NCBI GenBank assembly: GCA_963793635.1
Contig: CAWCAX010000006.1
Span: 597,802 to 661,801, forward strand
Direction: 5' to 3'
DNA: 64,000 nucleotides
DNA from: an uncultured Planctomycetaceae bacterium
GTDB lineage: Bacteria > Planctomycetota > Planctomycetia > Pirellulales > PALSA-1355
The notes under the pieces were generated by a model. The model saw only the letters and a program-made list of their open reading frames with translations. It made no database searches and had not been told where the DNA came from. A program made the translations under genes and the position numbers. Below are positions 10,948 to 21,213 of this stretch, in pieces. Within the stretch, counting starts at the first letter, position 1, and each line of letters starts with the position of its first letter.

Positions 10948-11259
10948 CTATTTCCTGCGTCGACTCAGCGCGTGTAGGCATTGCAGGTTGCCGGAGACAA
11001 GAGCCGACTTCTTTGCGCGCGTCCAGCTTTTGAGCTGTTTTTCTCGTTTGATTGCCTCGGCCCGACTGGCATGCTGCTCGGAAAATGCAAGCTTCACCGG
11101 CAGCCGGGCGGCGGTATAGGCTGGACCTCTGCCCGCTTGATGAGTCTCAAAGCGCACTTCCAAATCGCACGTGAAGCCCACATAGTAGCTGCCGTCGCTA
11201 CATTCAAGGATGTAAGTAAACCAGATGCCTGCGCTCGGCGCCGATGGGACATCCTCCAA
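10948..11259 (-). CDS. GIY-YIG nuclease family protein (UPF0213/YhbQ-like)
   Basis: FTYILECSDGSYYVGFTCDLEVRFETH...G..YTAARLPV...AIKREKQLKSWTRAKK. Confidence 0.9.
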   Translation of the reverse strand: MEDVPSAPSAGIWFTYILECSDGSYYVGFTCDLEVRFETHQAGRGPAYTAARLPVKLAFSEQHASRAEAIKREKQLKSWTRAKKSALVSGNLQCLHALSRRRK

Positions 11260-11267
11260 GATTCGGT

Positions 11268-11386
11268 CCCTCGACTCACTTCGTTCGCTCAGGACATTCG
11301 ACTCGCGACTGAAGCAAATTCGCCTTTTGCGCCCGCTCAGAGCAGTGGTTTTATTGGCCTGCCATGAGCGAGCGCAGCGAGTCGAA
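11268..11386. repeat. REP-like palindromic arms between tmRNA and GIY-YIG
   Basis: tcgactcacttcgttcgctcaggac and ttcgactcgc...gcccgctcagagc are inverted relative to gccatgagcgagcgcagcgagtcgaa (11361-11386). Confidence 0.75.
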
Positions 11387-11746
11387 TGGAGGCGGCGGGA
11401 ATCGAACCCGCGTCCCGCGACGTTTCCATGTGCGCTTCTACGTGCGTAGTCGGATCATTTACGCGTCTCGCCCAAAAGGCCCCCAACCGACAGGGTGCCC
11501 TCCAGGCCAGTCAGGAACATTTTTAGCCTCGGGCGTGCCCAACAGTGACCTGAGGCGGTTCGGAATTGGTGACGGACTTTTGGGCCTCTCCGACGAAAGC
11601 CCGCAGCCCGGGTTACCTATCTCTAGGCAGCCAAAGCAAAGGTATCTTCGGCAATTGAAGATTTGGTCAGCTTTTTACGTGGCCCACTGACCAACCACGG
11701 CACGCCACCCACACTTCAGCAATCCGGTCGAACCCAGTTCGCCCCC
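11387..11746 (-). ncRNA. ssrA: tmRNA (SsrA)
   Basis: 5' GGGGGCG pairs with 3' CGCCTCCA, including the G3:U70 Ala identity pair; T-arm GGGTTCGATTCCC. Tag ORF at 11623-11652 reads AEDTFALAA*. CCA is not encoded. TATAAT lies at 11767-11772 on the - strand. Confidence 0.97.
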
Positions 11747-11879
11747 TGAAATGAGATGCCGACTCCATTATACCCATCGGCCAGCCGGGCCGCTAAGGTC
11801 GATTGCCGGCCGCGGCTCGGGTGAAAAATTGGTTTGCGGCCGGCGGCACAAGCGGCACGCCCACGAAAGCCGCAAAGAA

Positions 11880-12085
11880 GAGAATGGCCACAAAAAACAC
11901 AAAAAGGCACAAAAACCGGCAGGCCAGCGATCACGCCGAAGATCGAATACGAGGCCACGCCGAGAATGGCCACAATAAACGCGAAAAGACATGAAAACCG
12001 GCGGACCAGCGATCACGCCGAAGATCGAATACGAGGCCACGCAGAGAACGGCCACAAAAAACACAAAAAGGCACAAAAAATCGGC
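11880..12085. repeat. 82-bp tandem repeat (~2.4 copies) containing a 9-nt-periodic GCCACAAAAAACACAAAAAGGCACAAAAA motif
   Basis: Units start at 11880, 11962 and 12044 (gagaa[t/c]ggccacaa...). Related inverted 9-periodic motifs lie at ~12187-12260. Confidence 0.85.
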
Positions 12086-12276
12086 GGGCCGCGGTCACGA
12101 TGCAAAGAACAAACGAACAGCTCGAAACGGCGGCCGGAACCATGCCACATCGGTCACGGCTTTCACCCTTTCATACTTCTTCGTTCCTCTTTGTGCCTCT
12201 GTGTCTCCGTGGTTCCCTTTGCCCCCCATCCTCTCTGCGTCTTTGCACCTTTGCGGTTCCCTCCCCCCGAAGCATC

Positions 12277-13140
12277 TCAGTTGCTCAAGCCGGTCATCGG
12301 CTCCAGCCGGCCGGAAGCGAGCAGGCCGATCAGCAGGCCGGCCAGCAGAAAGCGATAGACGACGAACGCCGTCGTCGAATGCCGCCGCACGTAGGTCAAG
12401 AGCATTGCAATCGACAGGTAACCAACCATGCCGGCCACGACGGTCGCCACCAACAGGTTGATGGCCTCGTCGCTCGATCGCAGCAGCTCGTGCCGCGCGT
12501 CCAGGAATTGATGGGCGGCGGCGGCAAACACGGCCGGCAGCGAAAGCAGAAAGGAAAAACGGGCGGCCGCTTCGCGCGATAGTCCCCGCAGCAGCCCGGC
12601 CGCAATGGTAATGCCCGAGCGAGACGTGCCCGGCACCAGCGCCAGCGCCTGGGCCAGTCCCACCGTGACGGCATCGCCCAAGTGAACGTGCTGCATGTCG
12701 CGCTGCGGGACTTTTTTTGCCCGCCACCAGGCAAATAGCTCGCAGGCCAACATCACAAAACCGACCACGACGAGCGCGCCGGCAATCACATACAGCGATC
12801 GGAAGCTGGACTCAATCAGCCGCTTGAGAATCAGTCCCGCCGCGATGATCGGCACCGTGCCGACGATGATCATCCAACCCAGCCGGGCGTCGAGCGATTG
12901 CCAGTAGGTTTGGGCCCACAACTCACGGAGCCAGGCGGTGGCGATACGCCGCACGTCGACGCGAAAGTAAAACAGAATGGCCAGCAAAGTGCCCAGCTGA
13001 ATAACGGCCGTGAAGGCGGCTCCCGGATCGGACCAACCGGCCAGGGCCGGAACGATGCGCAGGTGGGCCGAACTGCTGACCGGCAGAAACTCGGTCGCGC
13101 CTTGGACAATGCCCAGGATGATGGCTTCTTTGAGGGTCAC
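12277..13140 (-). CDS. uppP: Undecaprenyl-diphosphate phosphatase
   Basis: GIVQGATEFLPVSSSAH, IQLGT, PGTSRSG, AARFSFLLS. Confidence 0.95.
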   Translation of the reverse strand: MTLKEAIILGIVQGATEFLPVSSSAHLRIVPALAGWSDPGAAFTAVIQLGTLLAILFYFRVDVRRIATAWLRELWAQTYWQSLDARLGWMIIVGTVPIIAAGLILKRLIESSFRSLYVIAGALVVVGFVMLACELFAWWRAKKVPQRDMQHVHLGDAVTVGLAQALALVPGTSRSGITIAAGLLRGLSREAAARFSFLLSLPAVFAAAAHQFLDARHELLRSSDEAINLLVATVVAGMVGYLSIAMLLTYVRRHSTTAFVVYRFLLAGLLIGLLASGRLEPMTGLSN

Positions 13141-13462
13141 GAGAGACTTCTTCCGAGGGTGGAGCGGGACAAACCAGCCAGAAAATATAGCTTGCCGTTT
13201 GACGGCGGACTATGCGCATTAGGGTGAGTCTGAGGGCCGTGGGCGAAGCATCGAGCGGCCGTGAAGCCTCGAATTCGCGTGCCGGGGCGCTGCCGCGCTG
13301 TCGGGGCAGCGGGACACTATCGCGCCGGCGGTCCACAATCCGCATTCGCCGGCCAGGCGCCACCTTTGAAGCGGTCCACGGATTTGGCATAATGTTTTTT
13401 GCCCTCCATGAATTTAATCCTCCGACCCACTCGACAGCAGCCGCTGTTTGCAAAACGATCCG

Positions 13463-14350
13463 ATGTTCAAAAATCTCAATCTCGAAGCGCTAGGAGTTTC
13501 GGGTCGTTCCAGCGAAATCATTGAATTGGCCCTTTCCAACGGTTTCAAAGGGCTAGACCTGGACCTGGTCGACTTCGCCAGCCAGGTGAAAACGCACGGC
13601 CTGGCTCACGCCCGGCGACTGATTGACAGTTCGCGGTTGAAATTCGGCAGCTTCGCGCTCACACTCGACTGGGACTTGGACCCGGCCGCGTTCAAGAAGG
13701 AGCTGGACGAGCAGGTGCCACACTTGGAGCTGGCTCAAGCGCTTGGCTGCACGCGGGCCGTCACCATCGTACAACCGGCGAGCGATCAGCGGCCCTACCA
13801 CGAAAATTTCGACACGCACCGTCGCCGCTACCAGGAACTGGGCGACCTGCTCGGCGGCTATGGAATTCGCTTGGGCGTGGGTCTATCGGCCGATGTTCGG
13901 CTCCGCGCCGGGCGGGCTTTTCAGTTCATTCATACGGTCGACGCCTTTTTGATGTTGTTCCGATCGATCGACTCTTCGCACGTGGGCGTGGCGCTCGACA
14001 TCTGGCATTGGGGCTTCGGCGGCGGCTCGCTCGATCAAATCCGTTCGCTCGAGGATAAGATCGTCACCGTGAGCCTGGCCGATGCCGCACCCGGCATGAC
14101 GAGTCAGAACGCCGACGAAAACACCCGCCGCTTGCCCGGCGAGGCCGGCGTCATCGATTCGGCCGCCATTCTGACGGCCTTGAGCGAACTGCATTACGAC
14201 GGTCCAGTGACCGCGATGCCCTCGAAACAAGTCTTTCAAGGTCAGGGGCGCGAAAAGATCGTCAAACAAACTGCCGCCGCGCTGGACACCCTGTGGAAAG
14301 CCGCCGGCATTCGCAAGGAGGACGGCAAAAGGATTGGGATGAAAGGATGA
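13463..14350 (+). CDS. Sugar phosphate isomerase/epimerase (xylose-isomerase-like TIM barrel)
   Basis: GFKGLDL...LAQALGC...GVALDIWHW...RRLPGEAGVID...YDGPV pattern. Confidence 0.8.
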   Translation: MFKNLNLEALGVSGRSSEIIELALSNGFKGLDLDLVDFASQVKTHGLAHARRLIDSSRLKFGSFALTLDWDLDPAAFKKELDEQVPHLELAQALGCTRAVTIVQPASDQRPYHENFDTHRRRYQELGDLLGGYGIRLGVGLSADVRLRAGRAFQFIHTVDAFLMLFRSIDSSHVGVALDIWHWGFGGGSLDQIRSLEDKIVTVSLADAAPGMTSQNADENTRRLPGEAGVIDSAAILTALSELHYDGPVTAMPSKQVFQGQGREKIVKQTAAALDTLWKAAGIRKEDGKRIGMKG

Positions 14351-14360
14351 AAGAAAGGAT

Positions 14361-14440
14361 GAAGGCGGAAGGATGAAGGATGAAAAAAGAGGAATGAACT
14401 AATTCCGCGTTCCTGATTCATCCTTCATCCTTCCGCCTTC
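14361..14440. repeat. Perfect 24-bp inverted repeat built from GGATGAA heptamers
   Basis: gaaggcggaaggatgaaggatgaa (14361-14384) / ttcatccttcatccttccgccttc (14417-14440). Confidence 0.85.
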
Positions 14441-14451
14441 GAGGCCCTCCC

Positions 14452-15435
14452 TTGTTCCACTACGATCGCGGATTGAAGCTGACGCGGGCCGATCTGGCGA
14501 TCGATTTTCGCCGGCGGCAACCTCGGGCGTTCGTGTCGCATGCCCACAGCGATCACATGGCCCGGCACGAGTATGCCTTTTGCACGCCGGCCACCGCCAG
14601 GCTTTATCAGTTTCGCTACGGGCCCCGGCCAACCCACGAGTTGCCCTATCGGCAGCCGCTGGAGTGGGGCGGAATGCGGCTGACTACTTTTCCGGCCGGC
14701 CACTGTTTGGGCTCGGCCATGCTGCTGGCCGAAGACGGCGACCACAGTCTGCTCTATAGCGGCGACTTCAAGCTGGGCGAGTCGGCCACGGCCGAGCGGG
14801 CCGAGCTGCCCCGGGCCGAAATCCTGGTGATCGAAAGCACGTACGGCAACCCCGTGTATCGGCTCACGCCCCGGGCCCAGGCGATCGACCAACTGCTGAC
14901 ATTGGTCCGGCAAACGCTCGACAGCGGCGCCACGCCGGTTGTCGAGGCCTACATATTGGGCAAGGGACAAGAAGTCACCAAAATCCTGACCGGCGCCGGC
15001 ATTCCAGTCCTGCAGCATCCCAAAATGTACGAGATCAGCCAGGTGTACCGCGCCTGTGGCGTCGACCTGGGAGACGTGCATCCCTATCCGGGCGAGCCCC
15101 TGCCGGGCCATGCCGTGGTCGTGCCGCCCCGGATGCATCGCGGCGGACTGCTGCCGAAGCTCAAGCGGATCGTTACGTTCGCCGTCACCGGCTGGGCCAT
15201 GCACTCGCGGACCCAAAGTCGGCTGGGCGTCGACCACGCGATCCCGCTCTCGGATCACGCCGACTACGACGAGCTGTTCGAGGCGGTCGAACGCGTGCAG
15301 CCGCGCATCGTTTACTGCACGCACGGGCCGGCAAGTTTTGTCGATTGCCTGCGCGCCGCGGGGCACAATGCGCATCCGTTGGAAGGCTCGCGGCCCGAGA
15401 GTCAAATGGGCACCAAGCAGATGTCGCTGTTCTAG
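14452..15435 (+). CDS. Beta-CASP metallo-beta-lactamase-fold nuclease
   Basis: SHAHSDH, PAGHCLGSA, YSGDF, ESTYG, LGKGQE, LSDHAD, CTHG. Confidence 0.9.
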   Translation: MFHYDRGLKLTRADLAIDFRRRQPRAFVSHAHSDHMARHEYAFCTPATARLYQFRYGPRPTHELPYRQPLEWGGMRLTTFPAGHCLGSAMLLAEDGDHSLLYSGDFKLGESATAERAELPRAEILVIESTYGNPVYRLTPRAQAIDQLLTLVRQTLDSGATPVVEAYILGKGQEVTKILTGAGIPVLQHPKMYEISQVYRACGVDLGDVHPYPGEPLPGHAVVVPPRMHRGGLLPKLKRIVTFAVTGWAMHSRTQSRLGVDHAIPLSDHADYDELFEAVERVQPRIVYCTHGPASFVDCLRAAGHNAHPLEGSRPESQMGTKQMSLF

Positions 15436-15710
15436 GGCAGCGGCTCATTCCTCGCCCGCGACAGACTCGAATTCACTTGCACCATCAAACCCGAGCGGCA
15501 GGATATCCAGAGCCCGGCCGGCCGCGATGCTCACGACCTGGGACTCGGGATTCCCCTGGTTGAATTTACCGCGGTTTTGTTGAAAGCTATCGCGGCCGCT
15601 AGCAATGGCTGCGTGGCCACTGGTGAGTCGCCTTCTCCGTGACGGTCGTCGGTATTAGAATCCGTACTCCTGCGTTTACCGCCCCGCAGCTATTCAAGCA
15701 AGGAGGTTCA

Positions 15711-17064
15711 ATGCGGCACCTCGCGCTATGCGGATTGGCGGGCTGGACAGTTTTCTTCCCCAGCCCACTGCGTGCGGCGTGCGGCGAAGGTCCCCAGCCG
15801 CTGGAAGCGACGAGTTCTCAAGACTCGAATGACGCAGGTCCGGCGCAACCGGCAGGCGCTCCGCGGGAGCCCAACCGCAGCCAGCCGGGGCTCCGCAGGA
15901 CGCCGGGCCGGAGCGCCGTTCCGTCATCATCGGCCTCCGCGGTCCCGCGAGTCAGAAGGCGCTCGATGGCTTTTACGAGTCCTTACGGAAAATGCAATTG
16001 GAGCTGCAGCAGAAACTTCCATTCGAAGACCTGCGGCAGCGGCTGGCCTACGAAGGACGGTCGGACGTTTATACGACAGATCCGCTGGAAAAGCCCCAAC
16101 GGCCTCCGCTGAAGAAACCGGAGGGGCCCGGTGAACCGACATTCACTCTAAATTCTTTGAACGAGCGCACCGAAAGACTTCGTAGGTTACACCACGCCAC
16201 GACAGAAGAGTTTATCAACAGTCCGAATTTTGGACGTTCACGCACCGTGTTGGGGCCAACTCCCGGTTCGGAACTGTTGCTGGAGCCCGGTGGGCCCCTG
16301 GCCGCCGATGAGCCAACGTACAGGCCCGATACGCTGGGACCGGAGACGCCGTTCCGACTGAAAGCTTACGAGCAAGAGCTTTGGCAGCACGGCAAGGAGA
16401 CTAAACTCGATATTATTCTTACCAGTTCAACGCCCGCGAGATCGACATTCTCCGATTTCGACCTGCAAAGCAAGGACATCTTTGCCAACGCAAATCGGTT
16501 GGGGTACGTGGAATCGCTCGACCGTGTGGCGGGCTTTCTGCCTCACCAATTCTGGCAGAAACCGGAGATGGGCACCGGAAGGTCGGCCCAGCCGCCCCAT
16601 TTGAAAGGCAATCGCACGATGCAGCAATACGAGTCGCAAAAGAGACACTACGATCGTTGGCAAAATACCCGGCTGCAACTCGTAAGTCTGCTCAAGCATC
16701 CGGAGCCGCGAGTTTACCTTTCGGAGCATCTGCCTGCGATGCCCGAGTTGGAGAACGCCGAAACGCGCTGCGCTGGATGACTTCGAGAAAGCAGCCCTGG
16801 CCGAGCTGCGGGGCGCCAGCGCCGGGCGTGGTGACGCCCGACAACGTGGTGGTCACGGCGACCACTAACACGATCCGCATGCTCGGCCCGCTGTGGACCA
16901 AAGCCAACTGTGCGGATTGTCACTCGGTCAAGACTGGCACTTTGCTGGGCGCGTTCTCCTACGTTTTTGAACGCGACCCGCCGCTCCGCGCCGACGGCAC
17001 CCCCGTGCCCCCGCAAGCCGAAAACCGGCCGGTCGCCACGCCGGATGTTGGAAAGACGCGTTAG
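15711..17064 (+). CDS. Secreted hypothetical protein with a C-terminal c-type heme motif (several frameshifts)
   Basis: AGGAGG RBS and signal-like start at 15711; core in 15992..16780; C-terminus IRMLGPL...CADCH...LLGAFSY in the 16657..17064 frame. Confidence 0.65.
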
Positions 17065-17133
17065 CAGCAGCATGCTGCGGCTGCATCGCCGCCAACCGGC
17101 ACCGCTTCGCAGGCGCCACTGCCCAACTCGCGT

Positions 17134-18931
17134 CTACTTGCTCGTCAGCGGAATCACGCCGTTCCAATTATCGGGCGGCGTGCGGTTGTGCTGGGCGATG
17201 AAGACCGTGAGAAAATCCTTCACCCGATCTTCGGCCGGCACGCGATGCAATCGCTCGAAGGCCTGCGGCCAGCGACCGGCCAACAGATCGTCGAGCGCCC
17301 GCTCGTAGTCGGCCATGTGCTCGTCGGTGAGCGCCGGAAACTGCGCCAAGGGCGGCAGCAATTCGGTCACTTCGACCCGCTTGTCCAGCCCATAGGGCTT
17401 GACCACCGCCACGCGGCGCAGCCGGGCCACCTCGTGGGGCACATTGGCCCGCACGGCGGCGGCCGCGGTCGCTCGTCGAGCAGGATCGGCGCTTGCAGGA
17501 TTTTGGTCATGCCTTCCAGCCGCGAAGCCAGGTTGACCACCGGGCCAAACACGGTGACCTTCACCTGGTCGACCGTGCCGATCTTGCCGGCCACGGCTCT
17601 GCCCGTGGCGATGCCGATGCCCATGCGGAAGTCGGCCAGCGGATCTTCGCTGCGCTGGGCCGCGGCTTCGAACTCGGCGCGAATGGCCAGCGCGGCCTGG
17701 CAGGCCCGAACCGCGGCGTCGGGCTGCGGCAGCGGCCAGCCCCAAAAGCCCATTGCCGCGTCGCCCTGAAAATCGCCCAGCACTCCGCCTTGCTCGCGGA
17801 TGGCGTGCGTCGTCACCCCCAGCGCCCGGCTGACTCGATTCAACAGCCCGAGCAGATCGTCGGCCGAACGCTCCGAGTGCCGGGCGAAACCGCGCAGATC
17901 GCAAAACAGCACGGCCACCTCGGCTTCGCGCGGCGCGAGCACCAACTTCGGGATCGCGCCCTTCGAGCGCTTCGAGCACGACCGGCGAGAAGAACTGGCT
18001 CAGCCCGGCCCGCTGCCGCTCCAGCAGCCGCACGTCGCGCAGCGAACTGGTCGTGGCGGCGACCAGCTCGGTGAATTTCAGATCGTCGCGCAGATCGTTG
18101 GGGTCGGAGGTTTCGGCGCTGCCCGGCTCGCTGTGGAATCGTCCGGCGACGTAAATGCCCCAGCCTTGGCAGGCCTTGCCGCCGATCGGCGTGCAGTAGG
18201 CCCAATCGACTCCCTGGCGAACCGTGAAGGCGCCGCTGCCGGCCGCGTCGGTGGCGTTCCAGACGTGCAGCACGCTTTCGCGGCGGCGGATCGCTTCCAG
18301 GATCAACCGTTCGCTGGGTTGAAAATCGTCGCCCGTGACTCAGCCGGCGGTCCCACTGCAGCACTTCGAATGGTCGATTGATCGGCCGAGTCCCCGGGCT
18401 TGACCAGCCACCAGCGCCGCGGCGCTGGCCCGGCTGACGCCCGAGAGGACCAAGTTGACCAGCCGCACGTACAGCTCCGAGTCGCCGCGCGGCGCCGGAG
18501 ATCACCTCGGGCAAACGGCTCAGCACGTCGATGTGGGCGTCGGCGTGGCGGAACTGCACTTTCTGCAAATAGTGCGAACTGAAGGCCTGCTCCTGGGCCG
18601 GCTTGGGCACGTCGAGCGACACGTTCACCCGTTCGTCGGCCAGCGTGAACGTGGTCTCGCCGATCACGAAGTGCTCGCCCGGCGTCTATCTCGAAGCCGG
18701 ACTGCTGGCTTGCCCCTTGACGAAGATCGGATTGCGGGCCGCTGGGCAGCCGCTCGACGTGCAGCTTGCGCGCCGTCCCAACTGACTTGGGCGTGGTCGC
18801 GGCTGACGCGGTCGTCCCACGGAGTGGCCCAGTTGGCCGCGCTGCGGCCCGAACACCACCGGCTGGCCGGCCGGGCAGTTTCGCCGCCAGCGATGTTGCG
18901 GATCGATTCCTTGGGCGATCAGGTCGGCCAC
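17134..18931 (-). CDS. FHA-domain class III adenylate/guanylate cyclase (multiple frameshifts)
   Basis: VLFCDLRGF, DFQGDAAMGFWG, GIGIATG, VTVFGPVVNLASRLEGMTK. The N-terminal part has FHA-like pieces (DDRVSRDHA, NPIFVKG). Confidence 0.85.
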
Positions 18932-18934
18932 GAG

Positions 18935-18970
18935 GTTGAGGGGTTAGAGATTCGAGGTTAGAGGTTAGGG
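18935..18970. repeat. Short degenerate heptamer tandem (AGGTTAG)
   Basis: gttgaggggttagagattcgaggttagaggttaggg between the kinase and cyclase genes. Confidence 0.5.
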
Positions 18971-18987
18971 AGAGGAAAGCCTGATCT

Positions 18988-21103
18988 TCACGCGGCCTTC
19001 GACCACAGGACACGAATCACGAAGCCCCACAGGGCGGTCGAGAGGACGGCGATCAGCACCATGCGCCAACAGTCCGCTCTGCCAGAGGTTGCGGCGCAGA
19101 TAGTCCAGCGTGCGGCCGATGGCCTGATCGTACGATTCCTGCACGATGACCAGCCAGCCGCTGTTGCCGGCCCCCAGGCTCACGTTGGCAATCCCGGCCA
19201 GCCAATGCTTGTTGTAGTCGCCCCCCTCGCGGTCCTCGCCCAGCGGATCGACATAGTTCTCGCGGCGTTCCTTGGAGCTATCCGGCAGTTGATTGTCGTT
19301 CAGGCGGTAACTGAGGAAACGCTCGGGCACCTGGCCATGTTCGTCGATCAGTTTATCGAACAGCGGGTGTTCGAGGATCAAGCCGCGATCCTTGCCGGCG
19401 CGCATGTCGACCAGCACGGCGAACTGCCTGGCCGGCCGATTGAGTTCGACGAAATGCCCGACTTCGACCGTCATGCCCATCACGCCCAGGAAGCGCGTCG
19501 CCGCGTTTTCGTCCTTGGCTTCGTCGTCTTTCATGATCGGGGTCGAGATCGGCCACGCTCCAGCGGTTGGCCGCGGCGTTCAGAAACACGCTCGACAAGG
19601 TGGTCTTGGTGATGTGCTCGTCCGGCCCGGCACGCCACGACTTGGCAAGGTCCTCCCCCTTCGAGTTGAAGTAGCTTCGCCAGGCGAAATTGAAGCCGAT
19701 GGTCGCGCTCGACCGGCGCCGCGCCAGTTGCAGACCGGCCGCGTCGGTGACGAACCAGGCTGCGGCTTCCGGCTCGGTCTCGTCGGTCATCAAATCATCG
19801 ATCCGCTGCTGCAAGGCCTGCCGCGCCGGATGATCGCCAGGAACTCGGCCCGCAAAACATCCAGCTTTTCTGCCGGCAGATCGGGATCGCTGAGCTGGGC
19901 CCGCAGCCGGGCCAATTCCGGGTCGTTCAGGGCGGCCTCCAGGATCTCCTGGAACCGATGGCTGGCGGCCATTTCATCCACGGCCGTGTAGCGGCGCTCC
20001 AGTTCATTGGTCACGGTCTTGGCCACATACTTGGCGGCGAACAGGTTGCTTTCCAGCGCCCGCGACTTGAGCGTGTTGTCGGACTGCGTCAACACGGTTT
20101 CGAACGAACGCCAGGCAAACAGCGACATTACCACCAGCACCAGCGCCGGACCCACGGCGCCGAGCATTACCAGCGGGCCGCGGGCGCGCCGCAGGTCGCG
20201 GGCCGGCCAGCGCGTCGAGCACGGCCTGCACGTTGGCATAGCGCTCGTGGCGATCGACGGCGAGGCAATTCTCGATGATCTCGGCCAGGGCCCGATCGAC
20301 CCCCGGCGATTTGCCGGTGCCGGGTCGGCGGACCGGCCTTTTCGATCAACGTTCGGTAGCGGGCCAGCCGCTCGTCCAGATCGGCGGCGGTTTCGATCTC
20401 GGTGACGGCCGTGTCGCTGCGGTGCGGCGGAGCACCGGTGAGCATGCAATAGAACAGCGAGCCGAGCGCGTAGACGTCCCATCGCACGTCGGGAACCGCC
20501 TTGGGATCGGCCTGCTCGGGCGCCATGTAAAACAGCGTGCCCAAGCGCCGGAGTTTGCTCGTGCGACAAGCGCGACTGCCCGAAATCGGCCAGCCGGGGT
20601 TTGGCGTCCTGATCCAGCAGCACGTTGGCCGGTTTCAGGTCGCAGTGCAGCACCCCCTTGCCGTGGGCGTGCATCAATCCCACGGCCACGTCGCGGAACA
20701 ACTCGACCGAGCGCTCGACGCTCAACCGGCCCTCGCGGCGGAGCAAATCTTCGAGCGAGCCCTGCTCGATGTACTCCATGACGTAGTACGGCGGCTCGGC
20801 GTCCCAGCCCACGTCGAGCAGTTGAACGACATAGCGGTCGGCGGAGAGGAAGGCCAGCTTTTCCACTTCGCGCGAGAGCAGCGACCAATCGAGCCCCGAG
20901 CGATGCGCGTAGAACTTGATCGCCACCTGGCGGTTGGTGTTGGTGTCGATCGCCACCCACACCTCGCCATAGGCGCCGGAGCCCAAGAACCGCTTGGGTT
21001 CGTAGCCGGGCACGTCGGTCGGCGGCCGCAGGCGCTTGAGACTCAGATCCCGAGCGCGGAGCTGCTCTTCGCTCGACTGTTGTTGCGTCTGGTCGAAAAC
21101 CAT
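18988..21103 (-). CDS. Membrane Ser/Thr protein kinase with an extracytoplasmic Cache-like sensor (multiple frameshifts)
   Basis: LGSGAYGEVW, VAIK, HCDLKPANV, DFG, GTLFYMAPE, DVYALG. TM1 is PLVMLGAVGPALVLVVM; a second TM (MVLIAVLSTALWGFVI) precedes TGA at 18988. Confidence 0.88.
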
Positions 21104-21213
21104 CCGGCTCGGTCTCTCGTGGCCAGCGGCCGCTGGGCGTGTTGTCGCGACACAATGCGTTATAGTATGAGAAAGTCAGTTCCCGCAATCGGTTAACGAA
21201 AAGTGAGACTGGA

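Noticed and set aside
10349-11401. Prophage or classical integrase island at ssrA
   Set aside because: No integrase, phage or conjugation genes lie between or near the repeats in this window.
11880-12085. CRISPR array
   Set aside because: The spacers are near-identical while the repeat-like parts vary, there are only ~2.4 units, and no cas genes are present; this is a tandem duplication.
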